Virus record (IMG/VR): IMGVR_UViG_2832249651_000002
Location: 1 to 64,000 of that record
Length of the DNA: 64,000 nucleotides
Strand: one strand, 5' to 3'
Origin: a virus
Taxonomy: Duplodnaviria; Caudoviricetes
This document shows positions 18,706-30,166 of this stretch, piece after piece; the first letter of the stretch is position 1, and every line of letters begins with the position of its first letter. The notes under the pieces were generated by a model, which made no database searches, was not told the DNA's origin, and saw only the letters and a program-made list of their open reading frames with translations. Position numbers and translations under genes: made by a program.

Positions 18706-18891
18706 ATGATTTATGAAGAAAGATTAGACTTACTGATAGAAAGTATAAGGGATTCCAAGTTAAACGGTGAAGAATTTGTTATGTTACATGGAATTTTGGA
18801 TTTATCAAAGGACAGAAACACCTTTAACAAGCAATACAATACCAAAATAGATGAAATTATAAAGAAAAAGGGGAGTGTTGAGAATGTGTAA
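18706..18891 (+). CDS. Hypothetical protein
   Basis: GGAGG RBS. Confidence 0.55.
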   Translation: MIYEERLDLLIESIRDSKLNGEEFVMLHGILDLSKDRNTFNKQYNTKIDEIIKKKGSVENV

Positions 18892-19165
18892 TTGTATATT
18901 AACCACAGAAAAGAGATTTAAAGAGGAATTATCATTAAAAAATGAAAACTACAAAGATATAAAAATTCAATATGCAAATTTTGAAAATAAAATGATAGGA
19001 CTCAAAGACGGTAAAGTTAGATTTTTAATACCAATTAATATAGAAGGCACTAAATTGAGTAAGAAAGGAAAAGAAGTTAAGGTTAAAAAAACAGAGTACC
19101 TTATGACTGATTATTGTCCATTCTGTGGAGATGAACTTGTAGAGGAGAGTGTTGTAAATGAATAA
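18875..19165 (+). CDS. Small Zn-binding protein
   Basis: MCNC...YCPFCG. Confidence 0.65.
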   Translation: MLRMCNCILTTEKRFKEELSLKNENYKDIKIQYANFENKMIGLKDGKVRFLIPINIEGTKLSKKGKEVKVKKTEYLMTDYCPFCGDELVEESVVNE

Positions 19166-19589
19166 TGTGGTGCTTATAGGAAGATTAACAAGAGATCCAG
19201 AACTAAGATATTTACCAGGTAATGGTACAGCAGTTGCAAAGTTTGGACTTGCAGTAAATAGAGATTTATCAAAGGCCAAGAAGGAAGAAATGGAGTCAAA
19301 AGGTCAACCTACAGCAGACTTTATCAATATCACTGTATGGGGAAAGACAGCAGAATCAGCAGCTAATTTCTTAGTAAAGGGTAGATTGGTAGGCATCCAA
19401 GGAAGGATTCAAACAGGTTCATATGAAAAAGATGGAGTTAGAGTATATACAACGGAAGTAGTAGCTACAAATGTGGAGTTTTTAGAATGGGGAGATTCAA
19501 ATAAATCTCAAAGCAATAATGATTCTTCCTTTGATTTTAGTGGAATAGAAGGTTTCCATCCAACGGACTCGGATGATATTCCATTTTAG
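19158..19589 (+). CDS. ssb: Single-stranded DNA-binding protein
   Basis: [18 protein letters not shown]...DDIPF. Confidence 0.96.
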   Translation: MNNVVLIGRLTRDPELRYLPGNGTAVAKFGLAVNRDLSKAKKEEMESKGQPTADFINITVWGKTAESAANFLVKGRLVGIQGRIQTGSYEKDGVRVYTTEVVATNVEFLEWGDSNKSQSNNDSSFDFSGIEGFHPTDSDDIPF

Positions 19590-19604
19590 TGAGAGGTGTG
19601 AAAT

Positions 19605-20345
19605 TTGACTATAGGGGTGAAATATAAAGATTGGACCTTTGAAGAAGATAAATACATTTTGAAATCAAATGAGTCAAATAAAGTAATTGCTAAAAAGCTA
19701 GAAAGAAGCATACAAGCAATTGTTAGAAGAAAAAGAATGTTGCAAAAGTCTAACATCACAGCTGAAGTATTAGAGTTTCAAGAAAATTTCATTATAGGGA
19801 CCTATGGATATCTGTCTGTAGAGAAAATGGCGGAGTATCTTGGTGGAACTTATTCAGCAATTAGAAATAGAATATTTGATTTAAAGAGTCAAGAAAAGCT
19901 TGGATTCTGCAACTACAAATATTCAGAGAATGAGGATGAATATCTCTTTAAATTCAAGGATGTTCTTACTCATAAAGAATTAGCAGAAGAATTAAATTGT
20001 ACTATAGCAAAGATAGTAGTTAGACTAGATCAACTAAAAAAACAAGAAGACATTAATTCTAAGCACAAAATAGACCCGATGCCAAGAGAAATGAAATTAG
20101 TAACTCCGAAGGATGCACTAACAGTAGAAGAAATAAAAAAGTATAGCGGTCTTATAGCAGGAAAACAGTATGAGGTATTTGTTCCACGTTCTGGAAATGA
20201 GAAGTTAGATAGTTGTTTTGTAGGGAAATTTATTGAAGAAACGGACAACCACATCATATTTCAAACCAAATCGGGATACCGTGAAAGCTTCTCAAAAGTG
20301 AATTTTAAAATAAAGGAATACAAGATTAAGGAAGTGAGTCAATGA
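19605..20345 (+). CDS. Protein with tandem Myb/HTH-like repeats
   Basis: WTFEEDKYI and YSENEDEYL repeats each followed by an HTH. Confidence 0.65.
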   Translation: MTIGVKYKDWTFEEDKYILKSNESNKVIAKKLERSIQAIVRRKRMLQKSNITAEVLEFQENFIIGTYGYLSVEKMAEYLGGTYSAIRNRIFDLKSQEKLGFCNYKYSENEDEYLFKFKDVLTHKELAEELNCTIAKIVVRLDQLKKQEDINSKHKIDPMPREMKLVTPKDALTVEEIKKYSGLIAGKQYEVFVPRSGNEKLDSCFVGKFIEETDNHIIFQTKSGYRESFSKVNFKIKEYKIKEVSQ

Positions 20346-20515
20346 ATAAACCTTGTTACGATTGCCCAGATAGAGAAATAGGTTGTCACAGTGATTGCGA
20401 CAAGTACCTTTGTTATAAAGAAAAGCTAAAAGAGAAAAAAGCATTCCTAGAGGTTGATAGAGCGTTCGGAGATTATTTATACCATGCTACCAAAAGAATG
20501 AAGGGGGGTTAGAGT

Positions 20516-20731
20516 GTGAGTGAAGTTGAAAAAAAGAAAGAAGCTTCAGGAAGAATATCATTTTTTTTAGAAATGTTCTTTACGAACTTAGGAGCCTTAG
20601 AAATGGGTTTTGCAATAACTAAAGATTGTGAAGTTATCATAACAGACTGCAAGACAGGGTTATCTAGTACCTTTACACCAGATAAATTTCAAGAAGCATA
20701 CGAGAAATGGGCAAAAGAAAACAATATATAG
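20516..20731 (+). CDS. Hypothetical protein
   Basis: RBS, ORF. Confidence 0.55.
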   Translation: MSEVEKKKEASGRISFFLEMFFTNLGALEMGFAITKDCEVIITDCKTGLSSTFTPDKFQEAYEKWAKENNI

Positions 20732-20749
20732 CTAAATAAGGAGGAAGTC

Positions 20750-21969
20750 ATGAAGGGAGTGGATAGAGATACTTTCATACAGCAAAATATGGGATTGGTA
20801 GGAATGGTGGTAAACAAACTTGCCTATAGAATAACAGATAATCCATTCATAGACAGAGAAGATTTAACAAACATTGGAGCTATAGGTCTGATAAAAGCAT
20901 ATGACAGATTTGACCCATCTTATGAGGTGCAATTTTCAACTTATGCAGTACCATGATAGAGGGAGAAATCAAGAGATATTTTAGAGACAATTTAGATACG
21001 GTCAGATTTACAAGGCAATCTAAAATAGATTATTATGCAATATCAGAAGTTGACCTTGTAAATGAGAATCCAGAAATAATAGCAGAAATATTAGAGATGC
21101 CAATACAGAGAGTTAAGAATGCATTAGATTATTACAGATGCAAGTCTATAGACTCACTAGATAGAGAAGTATATGAAGATGAAGGAAGTCCAACTATACT
21201 GGCAGATACATTAGGCACTGAGGTAGACTTCGACTCAAATTTAGAAATCGAATTATTCTTAAATAAATTAGATGAACGTTCTAGAAAAATAGTAGAGCTT
21301 AGATTGCAGGAAAAAACTCAAGTAGAAATAGGACAAATCCTAGGTATTAGCCAAGTCCATGTAAGCAGGATTTTAATGAAATTACAAAATAGATTAAAAG
21401 GGGGAAATAAAGTGGCTGAGAAGAACAACATTATCATTGTTAAAGATGCTATTGCAGAAGCAGTAAAGTTGGCAAAAGAAACGGACCTTACTCCAACTCA
21501 AATTCAAAAGCAAACAGGTGTATCCTATGGAACAGCCAAAAAATATATTAAGGAATATAGAAAAAATGAACATGAATCAATTGAACCAGTAAAAACTCCA
21601 AATTATAACTTAGCAAAGAAATTATCAGAGGAAACTGAATTAAATGCAAACCAAATAAGCAAGCAAACAGGAGTATCCTATACAACAGCTCGTAACTATA
21701 TAGAATATTATAGGGTTGCCAAGGAAAGCCAGAAAGAAAACCTAGTAGAAAAAACTGCGGATTCGCCTGCACCAGTAGAACATAGATTAGACATTCCAGA
21801 AGAAGTAATAAGTCAACCTGAATTAAAACAACAAGATGGTTTCATGACAATGACATTTAAGTTAACAGTAGAAGATGCTACAGCTCAATTAGAGGATATT
21901 TTAAAGGCAATGAAGGTATTAGGATTCAAAGACTTAAATTTGACAATACAGAGTCAACAAGTAGCTTAA
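20750..21969 (+). CDS. SigF/SigG/SigB-like sigma-70 factor (1-nt deletion near 20952), apparently joined to a double-HTH protein from 21412
   Basis: NMGLV, EDL..IG.IGLIKA.DRFDP...FSTYAVP-MIEGEIKRYFRD, region 4 TQVEIGQILGISQVHVSR. Confidence 0.88.
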
Positions 21970-22210
21970 TAGATAGAAATTTGATGTACCTAGTAGAGAA
22001 ATGTAAAACTATTGTAATTTCCAAGGAAATCAAAGGAGGGGAGAGAATTGGAGCTGGAAGAACTATTTGAAGAATTAACAGTAGTTGAATATATACCATT
22101 TAGGACTTTCAAGGAAAAAATCAATATAACAAAAAAACACTTAGGAAAAGGGAAAATTGTGATAGATGAAAGGCATGTTTATATAGAGAGAAAGGAAAGG
22201 GGAATAATAA

Positions 22211-22534
22211 GTGAATTTTAACGAATATCAAAGCTTAGCACAAAGAACGAGTGATACAAAATGCAAATCAGATAAAATTGAAAACGGTTTAATGGGCTTA
22301 AATGGAGAAGCTGGAGAGTGCATAGATGTTTTAAAGAAGTTTTATTTTCAAGGACATGAATTGGATAAAGAAAAGCTGATAGATGAATTAGGAGATGTAC
22401 TTTGGTATATAGCTGAAGCTTGTGTTGGGTTAGGAATTACTATAGAAGAAGTAGCAATTCACAATATAGATAAATTGAGAAAAAGATATCCAAAAGGTTT
22501 TGAAAAAGAAAAATCAATTCATAGGACAGAGTAG
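22211..22534 (+). CDS. MazG-like NTP pyrophosphohydrolase
   Basis: GLNGEAGE, DELGDVLWY, NIDKLRKRYP. Confidence 0.9.
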   Translation: MNFNEYQSLAQRTSDTKCKSDKIENGLMGLNGEAGECIDVLKKFYFQGHELDKEKLIDELGDVLWYIAEACVGLGITIEEVAIHNIDKLRKRYPKGFEKEKSIHRTE

Positions 22535-22560
22535 CGAAAGTAATACAAAGGGGTGACTCA

Positions 22561-23112
22561 ATGGCAGTAGAATACATTAGCTATATTCAAACAGAGAACT
22601 TAATAAAAGTGTGGCCGACTATCCAAGGCATAAAGGAAAGTCTAGACAGAGAATTAAGCCTATATGAATATACCAATAAAATAGGAAGTGCAAATAGTTA
22701 TATTTATACCAAAGTCATAGGCAATAAGGTAATAAGTGATATACCTCCATCGGGCAAAATATCAGATACAACAGGAGATACAGCAGTAAATATTGAAAAT
22801 ATGTGGGATAAAGATATGAAAAGCATTAAGAACAGCTTGTTAGAAGAAAAATTCTGTATAGATTTAATAGATGATAAGTTAAATATTGCATTTAGAAGAT
22901 TATCTCAGATGCAACAAAAGATTTTAAAACTTTTCTACTTAGACAATAAAACATGGGCTGAGGTACTGGAAGAACTAAAGGTAGAGAAATATTTTCTTAG
23001 TAAGCAACAAGCACAGTTTCAAAGAAGAAATGGAATTTATAAGGTACAGAGCATATCTAAAATCACAGTAGAGTCGTACTTGCAAGTAATGAAGCTGGTG
23101 GAGGTGGAGTAG
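22561..23112 (+). CDS. ArpU/RinA-like late transcription activator
   Basis: SDTTGDTA, L...QQKILKLFYLDNKTW sigma-4-like C-terminus. Confidence 0.65.
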   Translation: MAVEYISYIQTENLIKVWPTIQGIKESLDRELSLYEYTNKIGSANSYIYTKVIGNKVISDIPPSGKISDTTGDTAVNIENMWDKDMKSIKNSLLEEKFCIDLIDDKLNIAFRRLSQMQQKILKLFYLDNKTWAEVLEELKVEKYFLSKQQAQFQRRNGIYKVQSISKITVESYLQVMKLVEVE

Positions 23113-23295
23113 ATGGACAACATGTATGATTTCCTCAATCTATTTCCTAATAAATTTAGGAGAAAACCAATGTGTAATACATGTAAGTATCGAAAACTAG
23201 GACTTTCAACTATATGCCATCAATACAAAAGAATACCTTCAGATATTCAACATGGTAGATATTGCAGGAAATATATGAAAGATGGGGTGGGTTAA

Positions 23296-23469
23296 ATGAT
23301 AGTGACAAAAGATTCAAATATAAAAGAAGTATTGGACTATCATGAGTTAGAAGAAGATAAGATGTTGCATTTAGCATTTTTATTGCAGACACACAAAGCA
23401 ATTGAAATTAAAGGATTTGGATATATGGCAACGTATATACCTTTAGAGGGAAACGAGGTGATAAAGTGA
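23296..23469 (+). CDS. Small hypothetical protein (57 aa)
   Basis: GGGGTGG RBS, open frame overlapping the next start. Confidence 0.5.
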   Translation: MIVTKDSNIKEVLDYHELEEDKMLHLAFLLQTHKAIEIKGFGYMATYIPLEGNEVIK

Positions 23470-24107
23470 TGAATAGAATTGAGTTGCTAAAGATAGCCAA
23501 ACCTATACTTTTTAATACACCTATGACACAGGCAATTCTTGATAATAGAAAAACAACTACTAGGAGAGTAATCAAGCCACAACCTTCAAGAGAAGGTAAG
23601 TTAACAGCATCCGAGATTGGTATTCCAAGGGTAGTAGATAATGACCAAGGAAACATGTGGACACTATCTAATCCACCTTACAAGATTGGAGATATTCTCT
23701 ATGTTAGAGAAACAGGAATGATTCAATCAATGAAGAACATTGGAAAGAAGGTCAAAATGCTATTTAAAGCTGATAACTCACTTGTAGAATTTAGTGTATC
23801 AGATGAAGAATACGAAAGATTATCTAAATGGGAATTAATTAAAAGGTGGTTACCTCCTTATTGGTTAACAAAAGAAACAGCAAGGATATTTTTAAAAGTT
23901 ACTGATATAAGAGTAGAGAGATTAAAAGAAATGACTTTAACAGATTTGATTAAAGAAGGTATGTGGATTAAAGGAGAGAGTATCCCAGCAAACAAATTTA
24001 TAGATTTATGGAATTCTACAATAAATAAACAAGACCTTAATAGTTACGGATGGGAAGCTAATCCTTGGGTATGGGTAATCGAATTTGAAAGGGTTGAGGT
24101 AGAATAG
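23466..24107 (+). CDS. ASCH/PUA-like phage protein
   Basis: KPILFNTPM..AIL..RKTTTRR, GDILYVRET, W.ANPWVWVIEF. Confidence 0.75.
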   Translation: MMNRIELLKIAKPILFNTPMTQAILDNRKTTTRRVIKPQPSREGKLTASEIGIPRVVDNDQGNMWTLSNPPYKIGDILYVRETGMIQSMKNIGKKVKMLFKADNSLVEFSVSDEEYERLSKWELIKRWLPPYWLTKETARIFLKVTDIRVERLKEMTLTDLIKEGMWIKGESIPANKFIDLWNSTINKQDLNSYGWEANPWVWVIEFERVEVE

Positions 24108-24150
24108 ATGGAAAAGATGACTAGATAAAGACAATATTAAGGGGGCGAAA

Positions 24151-25542
24151 ATGGATTATATAGATTTTCTACTAAGAAAGAAAAAGATAGAAGAAACAGC
24201 AGGAATAAAAGTTAGTCCAGAAAAGCTAAATAAGCACTCTTTTGATTGGCAAGCTGAAATAACATCATGGAATTTAAGAAAAGGAAGAAGTGCATTGTTC
24301 GCCGAATGTGGACTTGGGAAAACCATAATGCAGTTAGATTGGGCAGATAATGTCCATAGGCATACAAATAAAGATGTACTCATAGTGGCACCATTGGCCG
24401 TAAGTAGACAAACTCAAAGAGAAGGTGAAAAGTTCGGTATAGAAACACATATAGCGAGGAAACAGAAAGATGTGAAACGAGGAATCAATATTACCAACTA
24501 TGAAATGTTAGATCACTTTGACCTAGATAAATTCGTGGGGGTTGTCTTAGATGAAAGCAGTATCTTAAAGTCTTTTATGGGAAAAACAAAGAGAATGTTA
24601 GTACAAGCATTTGAAAAGACACCTTATAGGTTAAGTTGTACAGCTACACCAGCACCCAATGACCATATGGAGATATTAAACCAAGCTGAATTCTTAGGGA
24701 TAATGAGTAGTAGTGAAGCTTTAGCAATGTGGTTTATAAATGACACTCAGAACATGGGAACATACAGACTAAAGAAACATGCAATAAAACCGTTTTGGGA
24801 GTGGGTATCGACTTGGGCAGTTAGTATTAGTAAGCCATCAGATATAGGTCCTTATAGTGATGAAGGTTATATACTTCCAAAACTACATGAACATACAGAG
24901 ATAGTAGATATAAGTCTATTAGATAAAACTCTAGAAGATGGGTTCATAAGGGAAATTAAAACTAATGCAACGGCCTATCATAAAGAGAAAAGATTTACAG
25001 CTGAAAAGAGAGCAATAAGGACGGCCGAGATAGTGGCAATGAAACCAGATAAACAACATGTAGTATGGTGTGACACTAACTATGAGGCAGACTTATTAAG
25101 AAAATATATTCCTCAGGCCATAGAGGTTAGGGGAAGTGACAAGGTAGAGAAAAAAGAAGAATCCATAATGGGATTTATAGATGGAGATATTCAAATCCTA
25201 ATAAGTAAACCTACTATATTTGGTTATGGTTTAAACCTTCAAAATTGTTCAAACACTACTCACTGTGGACTTAGCTATAGCTATGAAGACTACTATCAAG
25301 CATTAAAGAGATTTCACAGATTTGGTCAAAAGGAAGAAGTATACAGCAATATAGTAATCGGAAGTACTGAAATGAATATCTTAAATGTTATTAACAGAAA
25401 AAAAGAACTTCACAATGAAATGAATGAAAATATGTTCAATAGCATCAAAGAAATCCAAGGCCATAGTATTAAAGGTACAAAATTTCAATTGAACCTAGAT
25501 GATATAAATATAGAATTGCCTAAATGGGCAGTAGGAGAGTGA
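24151..25542 (+). CDS. SNF2/SF2-like helicase
   Basis: CGLGKT, LDESS, TATPAPND, GLNLQ, RFHRFGQ. Confidence 0.9.
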   Translation: MDYIDFLLRKKKIEETAGIKVSPEKLNKHSFDWQAEITSWNLRKGRSALFAECGLGKTIMQLDWADNVHRHTNKDVLIVAPLAVSRQTQREGEKFGIETHIARKQKDVKRGINITNYEMLDHFDLDKFVGVVLDESSILKSFMGKTKRMLVQAFEKTPYRLSCTATPAPNDHMEILNQAEFLGIMSSSEALAMWFINDTQNMGTYRLKKHAIKPFWEWVSTWAVSISKPSDIGPYSDEGYILPKLHEHTEIVDISLLDKTLEDGFIREIKTNATAYHKEKRFTAEKRAIRTAEIVAMKPDKQHVVWCDTNYEADLLRKYIPQAIEVRGSDKVEKKEESIMGFIDGDIQILISKPTIFGYGLNLQNCSNTTHCGLSYSYEDYYQALKRFHRFGQKEEVYSNIVIGSTEMNILNVINRKKELHNEMNENMFNSIKEIQGHSIKGTKFQLNLDDINIELPKWAVGE

Positions 25543-25546
25543 TAGA

Positions 25547-26449
25547 GTGACAAAACAATACCAAGGAGAGAATTTCTCAATATACAATGGCGATTGTGTA
25601 AGGATAATCAAAGAAATACCAGATAACTCAGTGCATTTCCCGATATTTAGTCCTCCATTTGCTAATCTTTATATCTACAGTGATGATCTAGCAGATATGG
25701 GAAATTGCAAGGATATAGATGAATTCTTTGAACAATTCGACTTCCTTATTCCTGAACTTTATAGAATAACAAAACCAGGTAGATTGTGTGCTGTACATTG
25801 TAAACAGCTAGTGAAGTATAAAGGTAGGGATGGCCGAGCAGGATTAACAGATTTTAGAGGAAAAATAATTGAACACTTTGAAAGGTCTAACTGGCAATAT
25901 CATAGTGAAGTTTGTATTTGGACAGACCCAGTATTAGAAATGCAAAAGACTAAAGCCCATGGTCTACTTTATAAACAAGTAAGGAAAGATGCAAGTTTTA
26001 GCCGACAAGGATTAGCTGACTACTTAGTAATATTTAGAAAATGGGCAGAGGAAGATGAAGAAGATTTAATTGAGCCAGTAGAGCATACGAAAGAAGATTT
26101 TCCACTTCCTATATGGCAAAGATATGCAAGTCCAGTATGGATGGACATTCAGAGGACTAATGTATTAAATGTACAGCAGGCCAAAGAAGATAAAGATGAG
26201 AAACATATATGTCCTTTACAACTAGATGTAATAGAAAGAGCGATTGACCTATGGACCAATCCAGGAGATATAGTATTCAGTCCATTTTTAGGAATTGGTA
26301 GTGAAATATATATGGCCGTCAAGATGGGAAGAAAAGGAATAGGAATTGAATTAAAAGAAAAATATTTTGAAGATTCCTATAAAAATATCATAATGGCAGT
26401 TCAAGAAAGTAATCAAGTATCAATATTTGATGTATTAGAAAAACAGTAA
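25547..26449 (+). CDS. N4-C/N6-A DNA methyltransferase (beta class)
   Basis: Motif IV SPPF before motif I SPFLGIGS; HICPLQ. Confidence 0.9.
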   Translation: MTKQYQGENFSIYNGDCVRIIKEIPDNSVHFPIFSPPFANLYIYSDDLADMGNCKDIDEFFEQFDFLIPELYRITKPGRLCAVHCKQLVKYKGRDGRAGLTDFRGKIIEHFERSNWQYHSEVCIWTDPVLEMQKTKAHGLLYKQVRKDASFSRQGLADYLVIFRKWAEEDEEDLIEPVEHTKEDFPLPIWQRYASPVWMDIQRTNVLNVQQAKEDKDEKHICPLQLDVIERAIDLWTNPGDIVFSPFLGIGSEIYMAVKMGRKGIGIELKEKYFEDSYKNIIMAVQESNQVSIFDVLEKQ

Positions 26450-26455
26450 TGGGCA

Positions 26456-26529
26456 TGTGCAAGGGGAAGTCACTAAAGTTTGGCGACCGAGGCGACTTCT
26501 CCACAAGCACACACAGTTAGAGTATAACA
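26456..26529 (+). ncRNA. Long hairpin with TGGCGA apical loop upstream of the PAPS-reductase gene
   Basis: TGTGC/GCACA and GGGGAAGTC/GACTTCTCC stems; minus-strand TG-T-TATACT at 26521-26529. Confidence 0.5.
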
Positions 26530-26556
26530 TTTTTGAAGTAGGGAGTGTGAAGAAAT

Positions 26557-27562
26557 TTGTATATACAAGATATAGATTTAAAACTCAAAGATTGGGCTTT
26601 TAGTCAAAGAAAACACCTTCCTTATGAATTGAAACTAAAACTTTCAGAACAAAGAATTGAGGATTGGTACAACTATTGGGAAGGAAAAGTTTATATAAGT
26701 TTTAGTGGTGGATTAGACAGTACAGTATTATTACACATGGTAAGGTCAATTTTAGGAGGTAACGTTCCAGCGGTATTTTCAAATACTGGGCTTGAATACC
26801 CTGAATTAGTTGAACATGTAAAATCATTTAAAAATATAGAAGTTATAAGACCAAATAAATCATTTAGACAGGTAATAAAAGAATATGGATATCCAGTAGT
26901 ATCGAAAGAAACAGCTGCAAAGGTAAGAAAACTAAGACATGGAAATTTATCAGATAAATATAGAAATTATTTACTGTATGGAGATGATCGAGGGAAGTTA
27001 GGAAAGCTATCAGAGTGTTGGAAGATCCTTTTAGATGCTCCATTTGATAACATCAGAAAAATGTTGTGATGTGATGAAGAAAAATCCATTTAAGAAATAT
27101 CATAGAGAAACTGGAAGATACCCATTTATCGGTATTACTCAAGACGAAGGATTTCAAAGACAAAGACAATATAGTAAAACTGGATGTAACGTATATGAAG
27201 CCAATGCACCTAAAAGCCAGCCTTTAGGATTTTGGACTAAGCAAGATATATTAAGATATGTTGTTGAAAACAACCTAAATATAGCAAGTGTATATGGAGA
27301 AGTGGTAAATGAAAATGGCATCTATAGAACTACAGGAGTGCAAAGAACAGGATGCATGTTTTGTGCCTTCGGAGTTCATCTAGAGGATTTACCTAACAGA
27401 TTTCAAAAGATGGCAGAAACTCACCCACAATTGTACAAATATTGCATTAAAGATTTAGGCATGGGCGAGGTACTGGAATATATAGACGTTCCTTATAAAG
27501 TCTATGAAGATGGAATTATAAGTGAAGTTAAAGACGGACAAGAGCAATTGAAATTACTTTAA
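26557..27562 (+). CDS. Phage PAPS-reductase-family protein, split by a 1-nt insertion near 27048
   Basis: SFSGGLDSTVL, NTGLEYPE, GYPVVSK, then SEKCCD..KK.P and RTGCMFC. Confidence 0.88.
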
Positions 27563-27577
27563 TGGAGTTGATAAAAA

Positions 27578-29117
27578 TTGAGAGAATTAATAGTAGATTC
27601 GTTTGCAGGAGGCGGTGGAGCCAGTACAGGTATTGAATTAGCCACTGGCAGAAGTGTAGATATAGCAATAAATCACGATGAAGTGGCAATAGAGATGCAC
27701 AAGACCAATCACCCTAACACTAAGCATTACATTGAGGATATATGGGAAGTTGACCCTTTAGAAGCAACGCAGGGAAAGCCAGTTGCTTGATGTGGCATCG
27801 CCAGACTGTCGTCATTTTTCAAAAGCGAAAGGTGGAAAGCCAGTCGACAAGAATGTGAGAGGGCTTGCATGGGTGGTAGTAAAATGGGCTAAGATGGTTA
27901 AACCAAGGGTCATCATGCTTGAGAATGTAGAAGAATTTAAGACATGGGGACCTCTACGACCTAAAGTAGATTCTAAGACTGGCAGATATATCGTTAAAAC
28001 TACATTAGGTCACAATAAACCTAAGTACAAAGAATGGACAAGAGTTGCTGAACCAGGAGAAGTTGTACCTAAAGAATATCTTGTAATGGAACCAGACCTG
28101 GATAAAAAAGGGCATACATTTGAATTATTCATCAAAGCCTTAGAAAAGCAAGGTTATAAAGTTGACTTTAGAGAACTTAGAGCCTGTGATTATGGAGCAC
28201 CAACTACTAGAAAAAGATTATTCATGATTGCAAGGTGTGACGGAAAGCCTATAGTATGGCCAGAGCCAACCCATGGTGACCCAGAGCAGATTGAAGCAAG
28301 AATGGGAATGTTAAAACCTTGGAGAACAGCAGCAGAATGTATTGATTGGAGTATTCCTTGCCCTAGTATATTCACTAGGAAAAAGCCACTAGCAGAGAAT
28401 ACACTTAGAAGAATAGCAAGAGGATTTCAGAAGTTTGTAATAGATAATCCAAGTCCTTTCATAGTTAGAATAGGACAAACTGGGTTCGCTAAAGATGCCC
28501 TTCAATATGAACTAGATACACCTCTAACTACAATTACAACTAAGGCTGAACATTGCCTAGTTACTCCATATTTAACAACTTATTATACAGAAACCACAGA
28601 TAATGAAGTGAGAGGGCAGACTTTAGATGAACCTATAGCTACAATACCTACAGCGAATAGATTTGGATTAGTAACAGCTTTTATTGCAAGACAATTTAAA
28701 AGTTCGACAGGACATAAAATAGATGAGCCATTAGCTACTATTACAACAGTCGATAAATCAAACCTAGTTACGGCTTTTTTAATGAAATACTATGGATCTG
28801 ATATAGGGCAAAGGCTGGATGAACCACTTCATACTATTACTACTAAAGATAGATTTGGATTAGTGACTATCAAAGGTGAAGATTACAGAATAATAGATAT
28901 AGGAATGAGAATGCTACAACCCCATGAGCTGTTTAAGGCTCAAGGATTTCCAGAAGATTATATTATAGACCATGATTATACCGGGAAGCGTTATCCAAAG
29001 ACAGCTCAAGTACACAATGTTGGAAATTCTGTATCTCCAGTATTGCCTGAAGCTATGGTTAGGGCAAATTTACCTGAGTTATGTGAGGATATAGAGCCAT
29101 TAGAGGAAATAGGTTAG
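27578..29117 (+). CDS. C5-cytosine DNA methyltransferase, split by deletions near 27788-27795
   Basis: DSFAGGGGAS, SPDC, ENV, RKR, GNSV; four D.P..TI.T repeats in the variable region. Confidence 0.9.
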
Positions 29118-29129
29118 GGGTGATTTATA

Positions 29130-29711
29130 TTGAAAAATAAAATAATTGATTTTCAAATAATGAAAATAAATAGAAACGCACAGAAAATATGCAAATGCAA
29201 ACCACCGCAATATGAGATAGATACAACGAATAAATTAGTTCAATGTACTAAATGTAATGCTTATATTCATCCATTCGATGCCCTAGTAGGTCTAAGTGAA
29301 AATATAGAATGGTACAACGAAGAAAAAATTCGATTAAATAAAGAACGAAACGAGCTAATAGAGAAAAAGAATGAATATATAAAGGAGATAAATGCACTAC
29401 ACACTAAAAGATTTAGGATGAATGTATTTAGGACTTTACAGGGTAGCTATATTGAGGGATTAATGCCACATTGTCCTCATTGTAGTAAGCCATTCGACCC
29501 AACAGAAATAGATCGTTATACAAATAAGGATTATTGCGATTATAAAAGAAAGAAATCCAGAGATGAGAAAGTGTCTTATATAGTGATGAGTAAAAAGCAC
29601 CCAACAGTTCATGAAATGGACAGCGAATGGGAAAGAGTCGAGAAATTGACAGATGAAGAATTGGACAAGGAGATAGAGAAAATAAAGAAGTGGTCAGAGG
29701 GGGAAGAGTGA
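29130..29711 (+). CDS. Zn-binding hypothetical protein
   Basis: CKC, CxxC, CPHC. Confidence 0.65.
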   Translation: MKNKIIDFQIMKINRNAQKICKCKPPQYEIDTTNKLVQCTKCNAYIHPFDALVGLSENIEWYNEEKIRLNKERNELIEKKNEYIKEINALHTKRFRMNVFRTLQGSYIEGLMPHCPHCSKPFDPTEIDRYTNKDYCDYKRKKSRDEKVSYIVMSKKHPTVHEMDSEWERVEKLTDEELDKEIEKIKKWSEGEE

Positions 29712-29998
29712 TGGTAAAATCAATAACAAATCTAGAAAATGACGAGATAATATCCTTTGTAACTCCTGATAAAGAAGAGTTTCTAATAAAATATGATTTT
29801 AAAATTTCTCTTAAAGAAAATATTAGAAATGCTGAGAATAGAGATGTCAAAATAACAGAAACAATGCAGAAATTCAAACTTCTGTATAGTGGTTATTCTA
29901 TGACTATTACCTTTACTCCAAAATTTAATTTCCTTGGATTTAAAAGATATTTATTGACTATAGGAAAACCAATATATGAAATAGAGGGTGAAGAATAG
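29690..29998 (+). CDS. Hypothetical protein
   Basis: Operon packing. Confidence 0.55.
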   Translation: MVRGGRVMVKSITNLENDEIISFVTPDKEEFLIKYDFKISLKENIRNAENRDVKITETMQKFKLLYSGYSMTITFTPKFNFLGFKRYLLTIGKPIYEIEGEE

Positions 29999-30166
29999 AT
30001 GTTCAGACCAAAATGTCCATATTGCAAAGGTAAAAACCTATACCTTAAAAGAACAAGTCCAATGGAAGTGTACGGATGTAAAGATTGCGAGAAGAAAGCC
30101 AAATATTTGGAAGAACAAGGATTGACTAGAAAGCAGATTGAGAAAGTGATAAAGGGGAGATTATAG

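Noticed and set aside
24151-26449. Local cluster of GGCC sites near the methyltransferases
   Set aside because: GGCC also occurs across the rest of the window; enrichment cannot be supported by eye
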